Source of the DNA: Malacoraja senta
Lineage: Eukaryota
Assembly: GCA_038087875.1 (NCBI GenBank)
Contig: CM075996.1
Span: 1,490,001-1,554,000 of the forward strand
Length of the DNA stretch: 64,000 bases
Direction: 5' to 3'
Part shown: in pieces, positions 23,734 through 37,700 of the stretch
Layout: each line of letters begins with the position of its first letter
Numbering within the stretch: position 1 is the stretch's first letter
The notes under the pieces: generated by a model
What the model was told of the DNA's origin: nothing
Database searches by the model: none
What the model saw: the letters and a program-made list of their open reading frames with translations, nothing else
Made by a program: the position numbers and the translations under genes

Positions 23734-26701
23734 CATTTTAGATTTTTCCTCAGCCAGCTACTTTGGATACGGGTGAAATGAAAATCTGTGCATTTTTTTG
23801 GAACGCCTTCACATAAAATGCTGCAGTGGTTTAAGAAGTAGCTCACCAGGGCAATTAGGGATGAACAATAAATGTCAGGCCAGCCAGGGAACCCCATGTT
23901 CAGATCAAAGAATAAATAAAACAACTGTAGCAGGCAGCGACGGCCCACATTTACCCACAACCTGTAAATGGAATCATTTGTATTGGATTTAAATGTAGAT
24001 TCAAAACATAAGAGTATGTAAACTCCTGTTTAGGAAGGAACTGCAGAAGATGGGTCTCGACCCAATAAGTCACCCATTCCTTCTCCAGATATGCTGACTG
24101 TCCTGCTGGGTTACTCCAGCTTTTTGTGCCTGTCTTTGTCTGTAAACTCTTGTAGTATCTGGTCCTTGAGAATGTTGTTTTTTCCCCTTTATCATTCAAT
24201 ACCCTAATCTAGGCATGGTGATCTCTGAGGTAGAATCCGTAATTGGAAGTTGTGTGAAATGATTTTGTCCCAGATTACAAAAAGAGCTTAAGAACAAGAC
24301 ATACATAAAATTAAGTGTCACATTTGCTTCCTGAAAAACTGCACATTTCTGCCTTAGCTGTAGCGCAATGTACACTTTGTGCAGTCACCCTGTGATTTAC
24401 TGCACAGTATTATCCAATAAATCTACACTAATGACAGTTATAATCTCTTGGAGAGAGTACTGTTCTGTACTGCTGCGATTGGAATGTACCTGGAAATGGA
24501 CAGAAATGTTTCAACTTTGATTCATTCCAAAAATATTTCTCTCGAAGGAAAGGCAGCTTTGAATATAAAGTGTGAACCTACTTGATACATTTGTGAATAT
24601 GATCAGCTGCTCTAAGATGACTTTTAATTTGAGAGAGAATTATTCCCACTGAGTTATCACTGTGCTGGTACATAGCATCTTTAGCATGTTGGTAAACCAC
24701 TGTAGTGATAATTGCTCTTGATGCTTTTTAATGTTGGTGCTGATATGCCGACTGTATAATGTTTTAATTCATCACTATCAGTTACTCTCATCAGAGACTT
24801 CTGGTTGACTAGCAGTTCAAATGCATTTGGAGAAAAATAAATGACTCGACCACTGCATTCATGCTTGAAATTGTTTCCAATCAAAGGACCAGAGGGCACA
24901 GCCTAAGAATAAAAGGATGCATCTTTAGAATGGAGATGAGGGGGAATTTCTTTAGCCTGAGGGTGGTGAATCTGTGGCATTCATTGCCACAGATGGCTGA
25001 GGAGACCAAGTCAATAAGTATCATTAAAGTGGAATTTGATAGATTCTTAACTAGTAAGGGTGTTTAAAAATAAGGCAGGAGACTGGGTTGAGTGCAAAAC
25101 AGATCAGCCATGCTCACATGACAGAGCAGACAATGGTACGAATGGTCTAACTCTACTCTGTCTTATGGTCTAAAACCCTGCGTCACCGATGATGCTATTA
25201 ATTGCAACGCTTCCAGCTAGACATCCATCTTTAAAATCCTTTATTCAGCAGTGAAGCTATCGCAGTGCTAGCTATGTGTAGGAAAGAACTGCAGATGCTG
25301 GTTTAAATCGAAGTAGACACAAAATGCTGGAGAAACTCAGCAGGACAGGCAGCATCTCATTACTTCTCTCCAGAGAGGCTGCCTGTTCTGCTGAGTTACT
25401 CCAGCATTTTGTGTCTACCCTTCAGTGTATATTGTCCCTAGTGTGTGTAGGATAGTGTTAATGTGCGGGGATCGCTGGTCGGTGCGGACACGGTGTCCCG
25501 ATGGGCCTGTTTCCGCGTTGTATCTCTAAACTAAACTAGATGTGCGGATAGATGTGATTCATTTATCTTGGCGTCATGTGCAGCACTGACACTGGGGGCC
25601 TATAGGCCTGATCCTGTACTGTACCTTTCCATATATGTTAGTTTATAATAAACTTAAATGATGCGGTGGCATTGTTTGAGAGGAAACTGGAAAGTTTTCC
25701 TTGTTGTCCTAGCTCATATTTATCCTTCAACTGATAGCACAAAAAAACTATCTAACTCAATCCTTGCCTTTGAGAGGCATGGGCTTAATGTGGGTAAATG
25801 GCATGAGTGTAGAATGATGTCAGTCTTATGGACAAGGGGGGCTAAATAGGTTTCTTTCTGTTTTGCACAATTCTATAAACTCGCAGTTGCTGCCTCACAG
25901 CGCCAGAGACCCGGGTTCGATCCTGACTATCGGTGCTGTCTGTATGGAGTTTGCACATTCTCCCTGTGACCTGCGTGGGTTTTCTCCGATTTCCCCGTTT
26001 CCTCCAACATTCCAAAGATGTACAGGTTTGTAGGTGAATTGCCCTGTGTAAATTGTCCCTAGTGTGTAGGTGAGAGATTCAGACGTGTAACTGTTGCCTC
26101 TGGGTCTCTAGGTCCACACCGTCAGACGTTAAATTAAAGTTTTGTATGATCTTAAGAATTTGTACTTTGTCTATCTTTCTAAGTGAACTTTTTCATAGGA
26201 GAGCGAGGGACATTTTAATTGAAGTGTACAAAATTGTGAGTAGCCTGGGCAGGTTGACTATGAAGAATGTATTTGCTTTACAGTGATCAATAACATGCTA
26301 TTATGGGTTTTACTTAATTACATAGGATACAGTGGAGTGAAGAAAAAATCTTCTTGCTCAATATGTCTTAAGTGTATGGAAGTTATTGCCTGAAAGGGTA
26401 GTTGAGGCTGAAATCCTCATTGTTTTAAGATACTGGTCCACAATTGATTTTCCGGCATCCTTGTTTCTAGAGCCTTTGTGGATTATCCATTTTGCTGGAC
26501 TACCAGAGGTCACAGCCTTGGAGAGGAGTCCAATGGTACCGGAATGGTCTGTCTAGGCCAAAAGATCTAAATGCAGGGTGTATGGCACTGGGAGGCAGTA
26601 GCTCTACCAGCTGTGCCACTGTGACGTTGTTGAACACTGTTCTACAACCCGACAGGAACACGCACACGCACACACGCTAATTTGTTTTCCTTATCTTTCA
26701 G

Positions 26702-26768
26702 CCTGGAGACGTTCTAGATCCTGAGGTTGCAGGCGTGTCTGTACTCCTTGAACACTCGTTTGAATTTG
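26702..26768 (+). CDS. EMC10: EMC10 exon 2
   Basis: ctttcag acceptor, gtaagt donor; PGDVLDPEVAGVSVLLEHSFEF matches the EMC10 LLEHSFE motif; 67 bp. Confidence 0.92.
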
Positions 26769-27077
26769 GTAAGTTTAAAGAGGAGATGAGAATGATGAAT
26801 ATTGGGTCAAGATGGTCAGTGGTTTTCATATGGACACCCTTATCTCAGTGGAAATGTCTGCATCAAACATTTCCTGTGTTTATAGGTACCTTAAGCAGGG
26901 AGCACAGAATAAAGTTATGAGTAAAAGAACCAGATGCAACATGAGGCAAAAAAATATTTCGACAGTTGGTTAGGATTGGACAGGAACGTCTGATAGGCTG
27001 AGTGATGTGATTCACAAATTGCCATGAAGAGAATTTGCATAAATATGTGAATGATTAAAGAAACTTGCCGAGATAGG

Positions 27078-27387
27078 AGCGGCACGGTGGTGCAGCGGTA
27101 GAGTTGCTGCCTTACAGCGCGAGAGACCCGGGTTCCATCCTGACTACAGGTGTTGTCTGTACGGGGTTTGTACGTTCTCCCTGTGACGTGTGGGATTTCT
27201 CCGAGTGCTCCGGTTTCCTCCCACACTCCAAAGACCTACAGGTTTGTAGGTTAATTTGCTTCGGTAAAATTTTAAATTGTCCCTGTAAAGTGTGTAGGGT
27301 AGTGCCAGTGTACGGGGTGATCGCTGGTCGGTGCGGACTCGGTGTGCTGAAGGGACTGTTTCCGCACTGTATCTCTAAAGTCTAAAG
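27078..27387 (+). mobile_element. tRNA-derived V-SINE (HE1-like), full length
   Basis: A/B-box head (ggtggtgcagcggta...ggttccatcc), central domain (gtttgtacgttctccc...ctccggtttcctcccaca) and HER1-like tail ending (tctaaag)n. Confidence 0.8.
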
Positions 27388-27688
27388 TAAATAAGGAGAA
27401 GAGCTGGCTGTGGTACTAACAATTGCTTTTTGAAAGAGTTAGTATGCACTGGATGTACCATGTGGCCTCCTGTTACAGAGCAGTGAATGCATCCGTGGTA
27501 TGCTGTGAGGGGACTGACCTGGGCTGTGAGAGCAGTTGTTTGCAGTAATTAAACTTTCAGCCTTCATCGTTGCTCCTCATTGTTATTCGGTCTCCAAGAG
27601 CAATATTCTGAAGTTATGCTTCACGAAATTCAGATACCTTTAGTTTACAGCCCATCAGAGAGCAATAAAGATTGTTTTATCATTGTAG

Positions 27689-27801
27689 ATGATAGCGTGC
27701 GTTACAAAAAAAGAGGTACGTTGCTGTGGAGACCAGGCCGTGAAAACTCTCTCACATTATCTCAGATGCAGCTGACAGAGGATGAGAGGGTCAAACTCAG
27801 A
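27689..27801 (+). CDS. EMC10: EMC10 exon 3
   Basis: ttgtag acceptor, gtaagt donor; (D)DSVRYKKRGTLLWRPGRENSLTLSQMQLTEDERVKLR; 113 bp. Confidence 0.93.
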
Positions 27802-27934
27802 GTAAGTGATTATACATTCTTGTACTTCCTGAAGCGACTGCTGGAGAAGTGTCTTCAAACTAACAAGTACCATTTTTATTCTGTGGAAGCAAGGAACTGC
27901 AGATGCTCGATTACAAAAAAAAGAGATAATTTAT

Positions 27935-29296
27935 GTTGCTTATGCCTTACCTACACCAATATACCATCCTGGAAACATTCCAATCAGGTTTCAGGGTCCA
28001 CCACAGCACAGAGTCTGTCTTGTTGAAGGTACATAACGACCTACTTCTCACCATTGACTCCGGCGACTGTGCAATCCTGCTCCTTCTCGACCTCAGCGTA
28101 GCATTTGATACAGTCGACCACACCATCTTAATTGACCGTCTCCGGTACGGGGTTGGTATTGATGGCTCTGCCCTGAGCTGGTTCGTCTCCTACCTCAAAG
28201 ATAGGAGTTTCTCTACAAACATAGGCAACTCTTTCTCCTCCCCAGCTAGCCTCTGCTGTGGGGTTCCACAAGGTTCCATCCTTGGCCCCATTCTCTTCTC
28301 CCTGTACATGCTCCCCTTAGGCCAAGTTATCCAAAGACACGGCATTTCCTTCCACTGCTATGCAGACGATACACAACTCTATCTCCCCCTGAAACCCAAC
28401 AACCAATCAAATCTACTCAGCCTTATCCACTGCCACGAGGATATAAAGTGTTGGATGGTCCAGAACTTCCTCCAACTAAACGAAAGTAAGTCTGAGGTCA
28501 TCCTACTCGGCCCCTCGGACTCAATCAAAACGATAGCAGGCAGCCTTGGAAGCCTTACCCCATTACTCAAATCTCATGTTGAAATTTGACAAACAAGTCA
28601 ATGTCGTGGTAAAAGCTAGCTTCTTCCAGCTTCGGACGATAGCTAAAATAAAACCATTCCTCCAATTTGTCGACCTCGAAAAGATCATCCACTCATTTAT
28701 CTCCTCCCTCCTTGATTACTGAAACTCCCTTTACACTGACATCAGCCAATCATCCCTGTCCCGCCTGCAATTGGTCCAAAATGCCGCAGCGAGACTTCTG
28801 ACGGGCACCCGAAAAAGGGACCACATCACCCCGATCCTGGCCTCTCTCCACTGGTTCCCAGTGCGGTTCCGAATCAATTTCAAGCTCCTTCTTTATGTTT
28901 ACAAAGCCCTTAATGGGCTTGCCCCCACCTAGATCAAAAATCTGCTTACCCACCATACTACCTCCAGGTCCCTCAGATCGGCCGACTTGGGGTTACTGAC
29001 TATCCCACGGTCTAGGCATAAGCTCAGGGGCGACCGCGCTTTTGCGGTTGCAGCCCCTAGACTATGGAACAGCATCCCTCTTCCCATCAGAACTGCCCCC
29101 TCCATCAAGTCTAGACTTTAAACTTATTTCTACTCTCAAGCCTTTCTTGAGGTCCTCTGAGGGAGCGCTGTATTGTATGTATTTATGTATGTATTGCTGA
29201 TCTATGTACCACTGTTTGTAGCACTAATGTAAAGCACTTTGGTCAACAAGATTTGTTTTTAAATGTGCTATAGAAATAAAATTGACTTGACTTGAT
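27935..29296 (+). mobile_element. L2-clade LINE, 5'-truncated RT with disrupted C-terminus
   Basis: [37 protein letters not shown] and YADDTQLY motifs; ends AATAAA plus (ttgac)n tail. Confidence 0.88.
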
Positions 29297-29949
29297 TTAG
29301 CAGTCTATTATTATTGAGCAAAACGCCAAATGCTGGAGGAACTCAGCAGCATATGTGGAGGGAATGGACAGGTGATGTTTCAGATCGGAGGGCTTTTTCA
29401 GACAAAGAAGAATCCTGACCGAAACATCATCTATCCATTCCCTCCACAGATGCTGCCTGACCCACTGAGTTCTTCCAGCACTTTGTGTTATGCTCAAGAT
29501 TCCAGCATCTACAGTTCCTTGTGTCCAGCAGCCAAAATATAATTGAGTTCCTTATGTTGATAATTATTTCCTGCTTTATTAAAATACAGTGAAGACCAGT
29601 AAAGATACATCATTTTGCTCTCCACATTTATTTAACAGATGTTTAAGAATGATTTTATAGATGTTTTATGCAGAAAGTTGTTTGAAACATGATGTATGTT
29701 TTAAAAACATTCTTGTGTTGATAAATCTGCTACATCTGTCAAGTCTAGTGAGGTTTCTAACATTTTAGTGGGGTTTATTTGATGTGATTGATGGATTTTG
29801 TGTGCATTTACAAAGTTATGTTCTTTTCAATACTTATCAATCATCGGCATTCCAAGTTCAGGTTCAGAAAGTAACAGTGTTTTGTGTGTTTGCTTTTGGT
29901 GCCAGTGTAGTAGGGAGAGAACAACATGAGGATATACCTTAGCATAGTG

Positions 29950-30290
29950 TTAACTGTACCCTTGGATGAACTGGAGGGACAAGGGAACCGTGACCTTATC
30001 CTTTACCAGGCCACCACCTCAAGCATTAAGGGCCGAGATACTCACAGACAGCTACATTGGGCTGGCCACATTGTTCATATTACCAAAGCCAGACTCCGGT
30101 AACAGATACCCTCTACTGTGAACTTTATTACGGGAGGAGATTACCAGGCAGACATGGATAAAGATTCAATAATGTGCGCAAAGCTTCTTTGAAGAACATC
30201 TCCACGGACTCCTGGAAATCCCTGGCCATGGTTCAAAGTGGAGAAGCAGCATTTTGGGGTGGTGTTGAGAATCAGAAGAATCTGTACAGG
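29950..30290 (+). mobile_element. Degenerate RTE-clade LINE fragment
   Basis: cagctacattgggctggccacattgtt translates QLHWAGHIV, resembling the RTE 'QLRWAGHV' C-terminal motif. Confidence 0.55.
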
Positions 30291-30302
30291 AAACACACTA
30301 CA

Positions 30303-30605
30303 GGGCGGTAAGTGGCGCAGAGGTAGAGTTGCTGCCTTACAGCTCCAGACACCCGGGCTCCATCCTGACTGCATGCTCTGTCTGTATGGAGTTTTACGTT
30401 CTTCTCGTGGTTTTCTTCGGGCGCTCCAGTTTCCTCCCACATATCAAAGACGTGCGGGTTTGTAGATTTATTGGCTTCTGTAAATTGTAGTGTGTTGGAT
30501 AAATTGGGATAACATGGAACTAGTGTGCGGGTAATCGTTGGTCGGCACGGACTCGGTGGGCCGAAGGGCCTGTTTTGATGCTGTATCTCTAATACTAAAA
30601 CTAAA
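30303..30605 (+). mobile_element. V-SINE (HE1-like)
   Basis: Same head, central domain and tail as the 27078 copy. Confidence 0.75.
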
Positions 30606-30737
30606 ACACGAAAATCCTGTGGGAACAGTGGGAGGAGTGCAATACTTTTGTCAACTATCCACCCATCTGAATATATTGTGATTGATCAAGATTTTATTTG
30701 GACATTCATAATCTTTTTGTCTCTTTCCTTCGCTTAG

Positions 30738-30836
30738 GATATGGCTGGTTCAGACGGGTTGTACCGGATTAGAATCCCAAGAAAACTAGGCAGTGAGAGT
30801 TCTACTTCGGATTATGTCTCATCCTTTGTTCGAATA
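30738..30836 (+). CDS. EMC10: EMC10 exon 4
   Basis: cgcttag acceptor, gtaagt donor; DMAGSDGLYRIRIPRKLGSESSTSDYVSSFVRI; 99 bp. Confidence 0.93.
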
Positions 30837-32924
30837 GTAAGTATCAGAAAAATTGCTGGATCTGCAGTTTTGTACAAGATTTTGCTGCAAGAACAGGTAC
30901 AGTACAGGTCAGTCTGAAGAAGGGTCTCGACCCGCAACGTCGCCTATTCCTTCGCTCCATAGATGCTGCCTCACCCGCTGAGTTTCTCCAGCATTTTTGT
31001 CTACCTTTGATTTTTCCAGCGTCTGCAGTTCTTTCTTAAACAGTACAGGTGTCAGAAGTTTAGCGGTATACTTGATTAGTACGAGTGTCAGAGATTATGG
31101 GGAGAAGGCAGGAGAATGGGGTTAGGAGGGAGAGATAGATCAGCCATGATTGAATGGTGGAGTGGACTTGATGGGCCGAATGGCCTGATTCTACCCCTAT
31201 TCCTTATGAGTTTATGACATTGCTAGCATTAGCAGACGGCTCAAGGATGAGGGTCACAGATTAAAACGTCAAGCAGATTATACAAGGGGCAATGTGATGA
31301 AAAGATATTTTACTCCGAATAGTGAAGGTCATTCATTTGCTGCCTGCAGAGCTGGAAACAATCAGTGGCTTCAAATGAGAATTGATTTGACACAAGTGAA
31401 TAATTTGCAGGCGTGTGTTGAAGGAGCAGAGGAATTGACGTTATGGATTTCTGGGTGGGAGTCAGCGTAGACTCAATGGGCTAAATGGCCCCATTCCATG
31501 CTGTAATGATTCAATGATCTGCGGCCCTGTTCCAATCTTGTTACCAACCACTTGATATTATTGAAATTAAGTTTAATTTCAACAATATCAAGTGATTGGT
31601 TAACAAGTACAAGGGTGGAGTAGGTCCTCATTGATCATTTTTGTCAGTAGACAAGAATTGTATGAAAGTTGAAATTTATATGGCACTTATGCCCAGAAAG
31701 ATTTTTCTTGTTGGTTTGTGAGATGTATAAAAGCTGTGTTTCCAGTTCGGTTTCTCAATGCCTTCCTTTATTATCAGAACCAATCTCCCATTGTGTAAAT
31801 TGCAGCATTACCGTGTTGCGTTACTGTGTATCTGCCACCACCTACCTTAGCCACTTTTGCTTTGATATCAGTGGATGTAACAGTGCAGATTAGGGGAGAG
31901 AAATTGAAAAGATTCACCGCTGGTACTAAACCTTTAAGGGTGAATGGGTTGTAGATAGGACTGTAACAGTATAACCTTGACACTGGCCAGCACTTGTGTC
32001 CAAAAGTCCAGTGACTGAAGACTCATGGTTCCTATTCTGGAAATTACTGGCAAGAGCTTGCAAATATGTACGCATTTAAATGGCAAAAGGATTTTCAATA
32101 CCGCACGCAACAGAAAATGGCCCGCAAATGGTACAGAACAGTTAGGTGTCGTTGTTGTAGCTCTTGTTCATTCCTGTCCAGGGAGTGTTAGACATTGCAG
32201 TTTCATTAGCCACTTGATTTGCTGTTGAAGCAAGAGAAGCCCCAATCATTACAATTTAAAATGCACAGCGGAATGAATAGATGTGTAGCCTCACCAAAAT
32301 AAATCATTTGGCACCAAGGCATGTAGTGCCGCACATGGTTTATTATATGTCCAGCACATCACTGCTGCTTTGTTTTATCTGTGTAGCACAGATCAATTAC
32401 AAATAAATTCTCCTGTGCTTGGCTGACAATGAGTGGGAGCTGTGGGTCATTACCAGCATGTCTCAGTCCAGGTTCAGGCACTTGTGTGTACGTGGGTGCG
32501 AAGAAGGAAAGGGCTAACGGTACAATAATAAACAAGAAGTGGATGTCTCCACAAGCCACCATGATCCAGCGAACCCTCAGCTGCCAACACCAACATGTTT
32601 TTTTATGATCACAGGACGAAGCAAGTCAAAATCATCTGTTGGAAAAATCATTGAAACTATGAAATGAGTCTTGAATTGGAAATTTTGACAGATGTTGAGA
32701 TTGTTTAAGTATGCAGCGAAATGGAAAGGCCAACGGTGCAATTAAAAGTCCATGGAGCTGATGTAGATGAGCATGTGGTGGGACATAACGTGCTGGAGTA
32801 ACTCAGCAGGTCAGGCAGCATCTCTGGTATTAAACCAGCAGCGGCAGTTTCTTGTACGTTCTATATAGTAGGACATAATATGTTATCATTGATAACATTT
32901 GTATTTGAATTGTAGATAATTGTG

Positions 32925-33435
32925 TTCCCTTGGGCATCATGTTATAAGAAAGATGTTGTCAAGCTGGAAAAGGTGCAGAGAAGATTTACAGGATGTTTTC
33001 AGGACTTGAGGGCCTGAGCTATAGACAGAGGGTGAGCAGGCTAGGACTTTATTGTTTGGAGTGCAGGAGGCTGACGGGTGTATAATGTGCACAAAAGTGT
33101 ACAAAATCATGAGAGGAATAGAGAGGTAAATGCAGAGTTGGGGAATTTTGCCCAGAATAGTGGAATCGTGAACCAGGGGACATAGGTTACAGTGAAGGGG
33201 GAAAGATTTAATAGGAACCCGAGGGGTAACTTTTGTACACAGAGTAGTGGTTATATGGAATGAACTGCCGGAGGAGGTAGTTGATGCAGATACTATTGTA
33301 ACAAATAAGACATTTGGACAGGTACTTGGATAGGATAGGTTGAGAGGGATATGGGTCAAGTACTGTGCAGGTGGGACTAGTGTAGATCGTGCATGTGGAC
33401 AAGTTGGGTGGAAGGGCCTGTTTCCACGCTGTATA
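32925..33435 (+). mobile_element. Degenerate CR1/HER1 LINE 3' fragment
   Basis: Diverged match to the same ORF2 end and tail (aaggtgcagagaagatttac...gaagggcctgtttccacgctgta). Confidence 0.7.
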
Positions 33436-34577
33436 ACAATGAGATGCTTAAAGTATCCAACATGTTGACAAAAAGGATTTTAAATGCTGGATGTGTAGGA
33501 AAGAACTGCAGATGCTGGTTTACATTGACGATAGACACATAAAGCTGGAGTAACTCAGCGGGTCAGTCAGTATCTCTGGAGTAAAGGAATAGGTGACGTT
33601 TTGGGTCTGAAGAAGAGTCGACACGAAACGTCACCTATTCCGTTTCTCGTGTAAATGCTGAATTCTTGATCAAAAAACAAATTAGAGGAACTCAGCAGGT
33701 CTGGTAGCACCAATGGAAGGAAATCGACAAACTGCGTTCCTGGTTTGGATCCTTCTCCAGACTATTTACTTGCATGAAAGAGTCTGAAACGATCCCGCCT
33801 TTACCCATTGACCCAATTGCTTGCATAATGTAATTTTTGATAATGCAAATTTTCGAAAGAAAACAATTATTGCAGAGTTATTTGGTACAGCAAATGTTGA
33901 AGAAAGAACTGCAGATACTAGAAAAATCGAAGGTAGACAAAAAGCTGGAGAAACTCAGCGGGTGAAGAAGGGTTACTGTCAGCATCTTCATTGTAGAGTT
34001 TTGTATGTTAATGTTCTGAATCATATTTGATAGAGTTGTACCAGTAACTAGGATTCCGTCCCATCCCCTACTACAGTCCAGCAGAGCAGTGCCAGATGAA
34101 CAAGCTGTCATTTGAACCGATTGCTCCTTAGTTCCAAGTCCTGGGTGTTGTATCGAGATCGCAATCTAGTGGTTGCCTGTGGAAGGTACAAATTTGTGGA
34201 CATTGCTGTAGTGGAACAACCTCTCAACAACCAGCTTCTGAGCTTCTTTAGGCATCAGTAACTTGGGTGGGGCACTGCAGAGTTGTTGCATCTGTGCTTG
34301 TGTCACTGATTCTTGAAAAAGAGTTGAGGGTGTGGAAGTGGGCAGTGGTACCGTGCTTGTGAAACATTGGTCAGCCCACAGCTGGAGTATGTGTGCAGTT
34401 CTGGCTGCCACACCACACCAACAATGTGGTGGCATTGGAGCGGATGCCAGGATGTTGCTGTGGTGGAACGTTTCAGTTATGAGGAGAAATAGGGGAGGCT
34501 GGAACTGTTTTTTCTGGAGTGGAGGGGGTTCAGCGACGACATGTAGACATGAGGATCCGCAGAACGGAAACGTCAAT

Positions 34578-34757
34578 TATCCATGTTCTCCACAGATGCT
34601 GCCTGACCCGCTGAGTTACCCCAGCACTCTGTGAAACGTCACCTATCCATGTTCTCCACAGATGCTGCCTGACCCGCTGAGTTACTCCAGCACTCTGTGA
34701 AACGTCACCTATCCATGTTCTCCACAGATGCTGCCTGACCCGCTGAGTTACTCCAGC
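34578..34757. repeat. 66-bp Penelope-derived tandem repeat (second locus)
   Basis: Same unit as 5597-6080, about 2.7 copies. Confidence 0.9.
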
Positions 34758-37700
34758 ATGTTTAATCCTTCAGAGACCACATGGTTGAGAAATATAAAAT
34801 TGAGAGGCAAAGATAGTTTAGGCTGCAAGAAGCTGTTCTTCATATCCGAGGTAGATAAGTAAGAAGACATTGACGTAGGAAAAGTGATTTGAGGGGGACA
34901 TAGAGCATGGCAGAGCGCTGGAATAGGCCCTTTGACCCAGAATGTTTGTGCTGAACACCATGCCAAGTTATACTGCTCTCATCTGCCTGAACATGATCCA
35001 TATCCTTCAATTCCCTGCATACCCATGTGCCTATGTACAAGCCACTATTGTATCTGCCTCCTCCACCATCACCACCACGCACGTTCTAGGCCCTCACCAC
35101 TCTGCGTATAATAAACTTATGTCACTATATGCCCTCTAGCATTGGACCTTTCCACCCTGGGGAAAATGGTTCCAACTGTGAACCTTTTACATGCAGAGCA
35201 GGGTGAGTACCTGGAATACACTGCCTGATAAATGTTATAGGAGCAGAATTGCTGATAGCATATTAGACGTCTCTAGGTGAGCGCTTGAATTGCCTGGGCA
35301 TGGAAGGCCATGGGGCGAGTGCTGGAGTAAGACGTCTCTAGATGACACTTGAATTGCCTGGGCACAGAAGGCCATGGGGCGAGTGCTGGAGGGTGCGATG
35401 AATGTGGACAGGTGCCCCCGGTCAGTGTGGATGCAGTGGGACGAGTGTTCTGTCACTGGCTTCGAGCATACGTGAGCTGCAGTTATGTATTGCCTGATGA
35501 ATTGTGTGCGAAATCTGAGCTATCGGGACAGATTCTCCCTAGATGATATTTGATTAGATCAGCGTGTTTCCCCTGATGTAATGTATTTGTTGACCAGCCA
35601 GATATATTTAGTTAACCACATGTTTAACAAATAGCATCTAGTATTTACTTACTATATATCATTCCCACACTGCCTTATTAGTCGTGCACTGTATATTGAC
35701 ACCGTCTAAGTTAAAACCAATTACCAAAGCTGCTCTTGCAATCTTTACTGGATGCTGTCACCCTTTTTCTAATATGGTCACCTCTGCTCGAGATCGTGTT
35801 GCTGGTCTTTTCGTTTCCATGTAAAATATGATCCTGGCATGACCCACATATTGCAATCAACTCCACACTTGCTCCTTTGCAATTGTTCTTTCTGCAGGGC
35901 TGAGAATTTTTTATATGGTGTGTTAGATTATGCTTGTTAGACGTCTAGATTTCAAGGAACTTGGGTTTAATACTGAGAAACTGGGCTGAAGTACAAGATC
36001 AATCATGATCTTATTAAGCACCAGAGTCCTTACCCTGCTCTTTCTGTTGTTCTTGTGTCTGGGCAGTACAATGTTTGGGCTGAAGTGTTCGCTGAATAGC
36101 TCTCTACCAGGCTGGTGTTTGAGGCACCACAATTACAATACCTAGCCTGGAACGTGGGAATGAAAAGTCAGTCAAGATACTTCTCGACACAATCAACTGA
36201 CTTAGAAAGTACTTGTGTTTGTGAACTTTGGTGATATATGTTTTTGGAAGCAATGCTCATGATGGGTGGAAAAGCATCAGTAGCAATTGGGCTTGTACGT
36301 GGTGGCAATGGGCTGAGACTTTGGGTGATAAATCTAATGTAGCGTGCCTTTTAGGAGTGATGGCGTGCAGACTGGAGGGATTGTAGAGGTAATAAGCAGA
36401 AATACTTGGCTAACTGTCATGATTAGATGTCTTCATTTTAACTGTGTAAGAAAGAACTGCAGATGCTGGTTTAAATCGAAGGTAGGCACAAAATGCTGGA
36501 GTAACTCGGCGGGACAGGCGGCATCTCTGGAGAGAAGGAATGGGTGACGTTTCTTCAGTCTGAAGAAGGGTCTCGACCCGAAATGTCACCCATTCCTTCT
36601 CTCCAGAGATGCTGCCTGTCCCGCTGAGTTACTCCAGCTTTTTGTGTCTATCTTCACTTTAACTAATGTCAGATAGTTGTGTGAACGAACTGACATGCCT
36701 AACACAAGCCTTGTAATGATTTAATCATGGAGTCATACAGCATGGAAACAGGCCCTTCGGCCCAACTTGTCCATGTCGACCAAGATGCCCATCTACCTGC
36801 CTGCGTTTGGCCCATATCCTTGTAAACCTATCCTATCCATGATTAGTTTAATATTGATCAGTTTCATCTGATCTGTTCGATGCCATTTGTTCCCTCTGCA
36901 TTGTCCCAGAAGTCTGCTTTAAGCTGTGTTGCTTGCAGTGTTAAACTATTACAACTATTAAACTCTGTACCAGCCTGATATTAATGCCTTCATTGCATCA
37001 TTTGGCAAAGACTTTTTAGAGTTACAGTTCGATCTTACCATTTGTATTGAAGATTTGCTTCGTAGACAAACTTCTATGCTGACTGATACATTGTGATCTT
37101 TGTGAATACTAAACCTGATATTGCTGAAGTACACTATGTAACATGGTTCTCCCAGACATGGCTGGCAGGTCAGACAGCAGTTACATCAATATTCCTCAAT
37201 CTCTGGCACCCTCTTCCTGCTGGTGCCGTACCTGGGAAGTTCACAAGTCATGGAAGCAGAAGTAGGCCATTTGGCCCATCGAGTCTACGCCACCATTCAA
37301 TCATGGCCGATTTATCCTTCCACCTCAACCCCATTTTCCTGCTTTCTCCTAAAGTGCTCTTTAATAAAATCTCCCGCTGCATCTCCCGCTTCTGATCTGT
37401 CCACTTTGGCGTCACCAACATAACCACCATCTCTTCCAGCACCCACGTACCCCTATCATCAAACACAGACACACAACTCCACAGCTACCTCTGCTCAAGA
37501 GGTTCTGTGGAAATTATGTTTGAATGTACTTGCCATGAAATATTTACTGCATGAATATGTAGGGAGAGTTTGATCAATGTGCACTAACTAACCTCTGTTC
37601 CTGCTAATTCAAATATACGTTTATGAAGGAGAAAAATTGCTGGTTGGAATTAAGCAAGTTTTATAAAACAGTACAGGAACAGGACAGTAACTCATTCTCT

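Noticed and set aside
27078..27150. tRNA-like sequences (here and at ~60307, ~43645, ~62445)
   Set aside because: These are SINE heads continuing into the V-SINE body and LINE-like tail, not standalone tRNA genes.
27580..28026. 148-aa ORF as a single gene
   Set aside because: It is a chance read-through of EMC10 exon 3 into intron and L2 sequence; the same applies to ORFs 3431-3712 and 5114-5638 around the MyBP-C exons.
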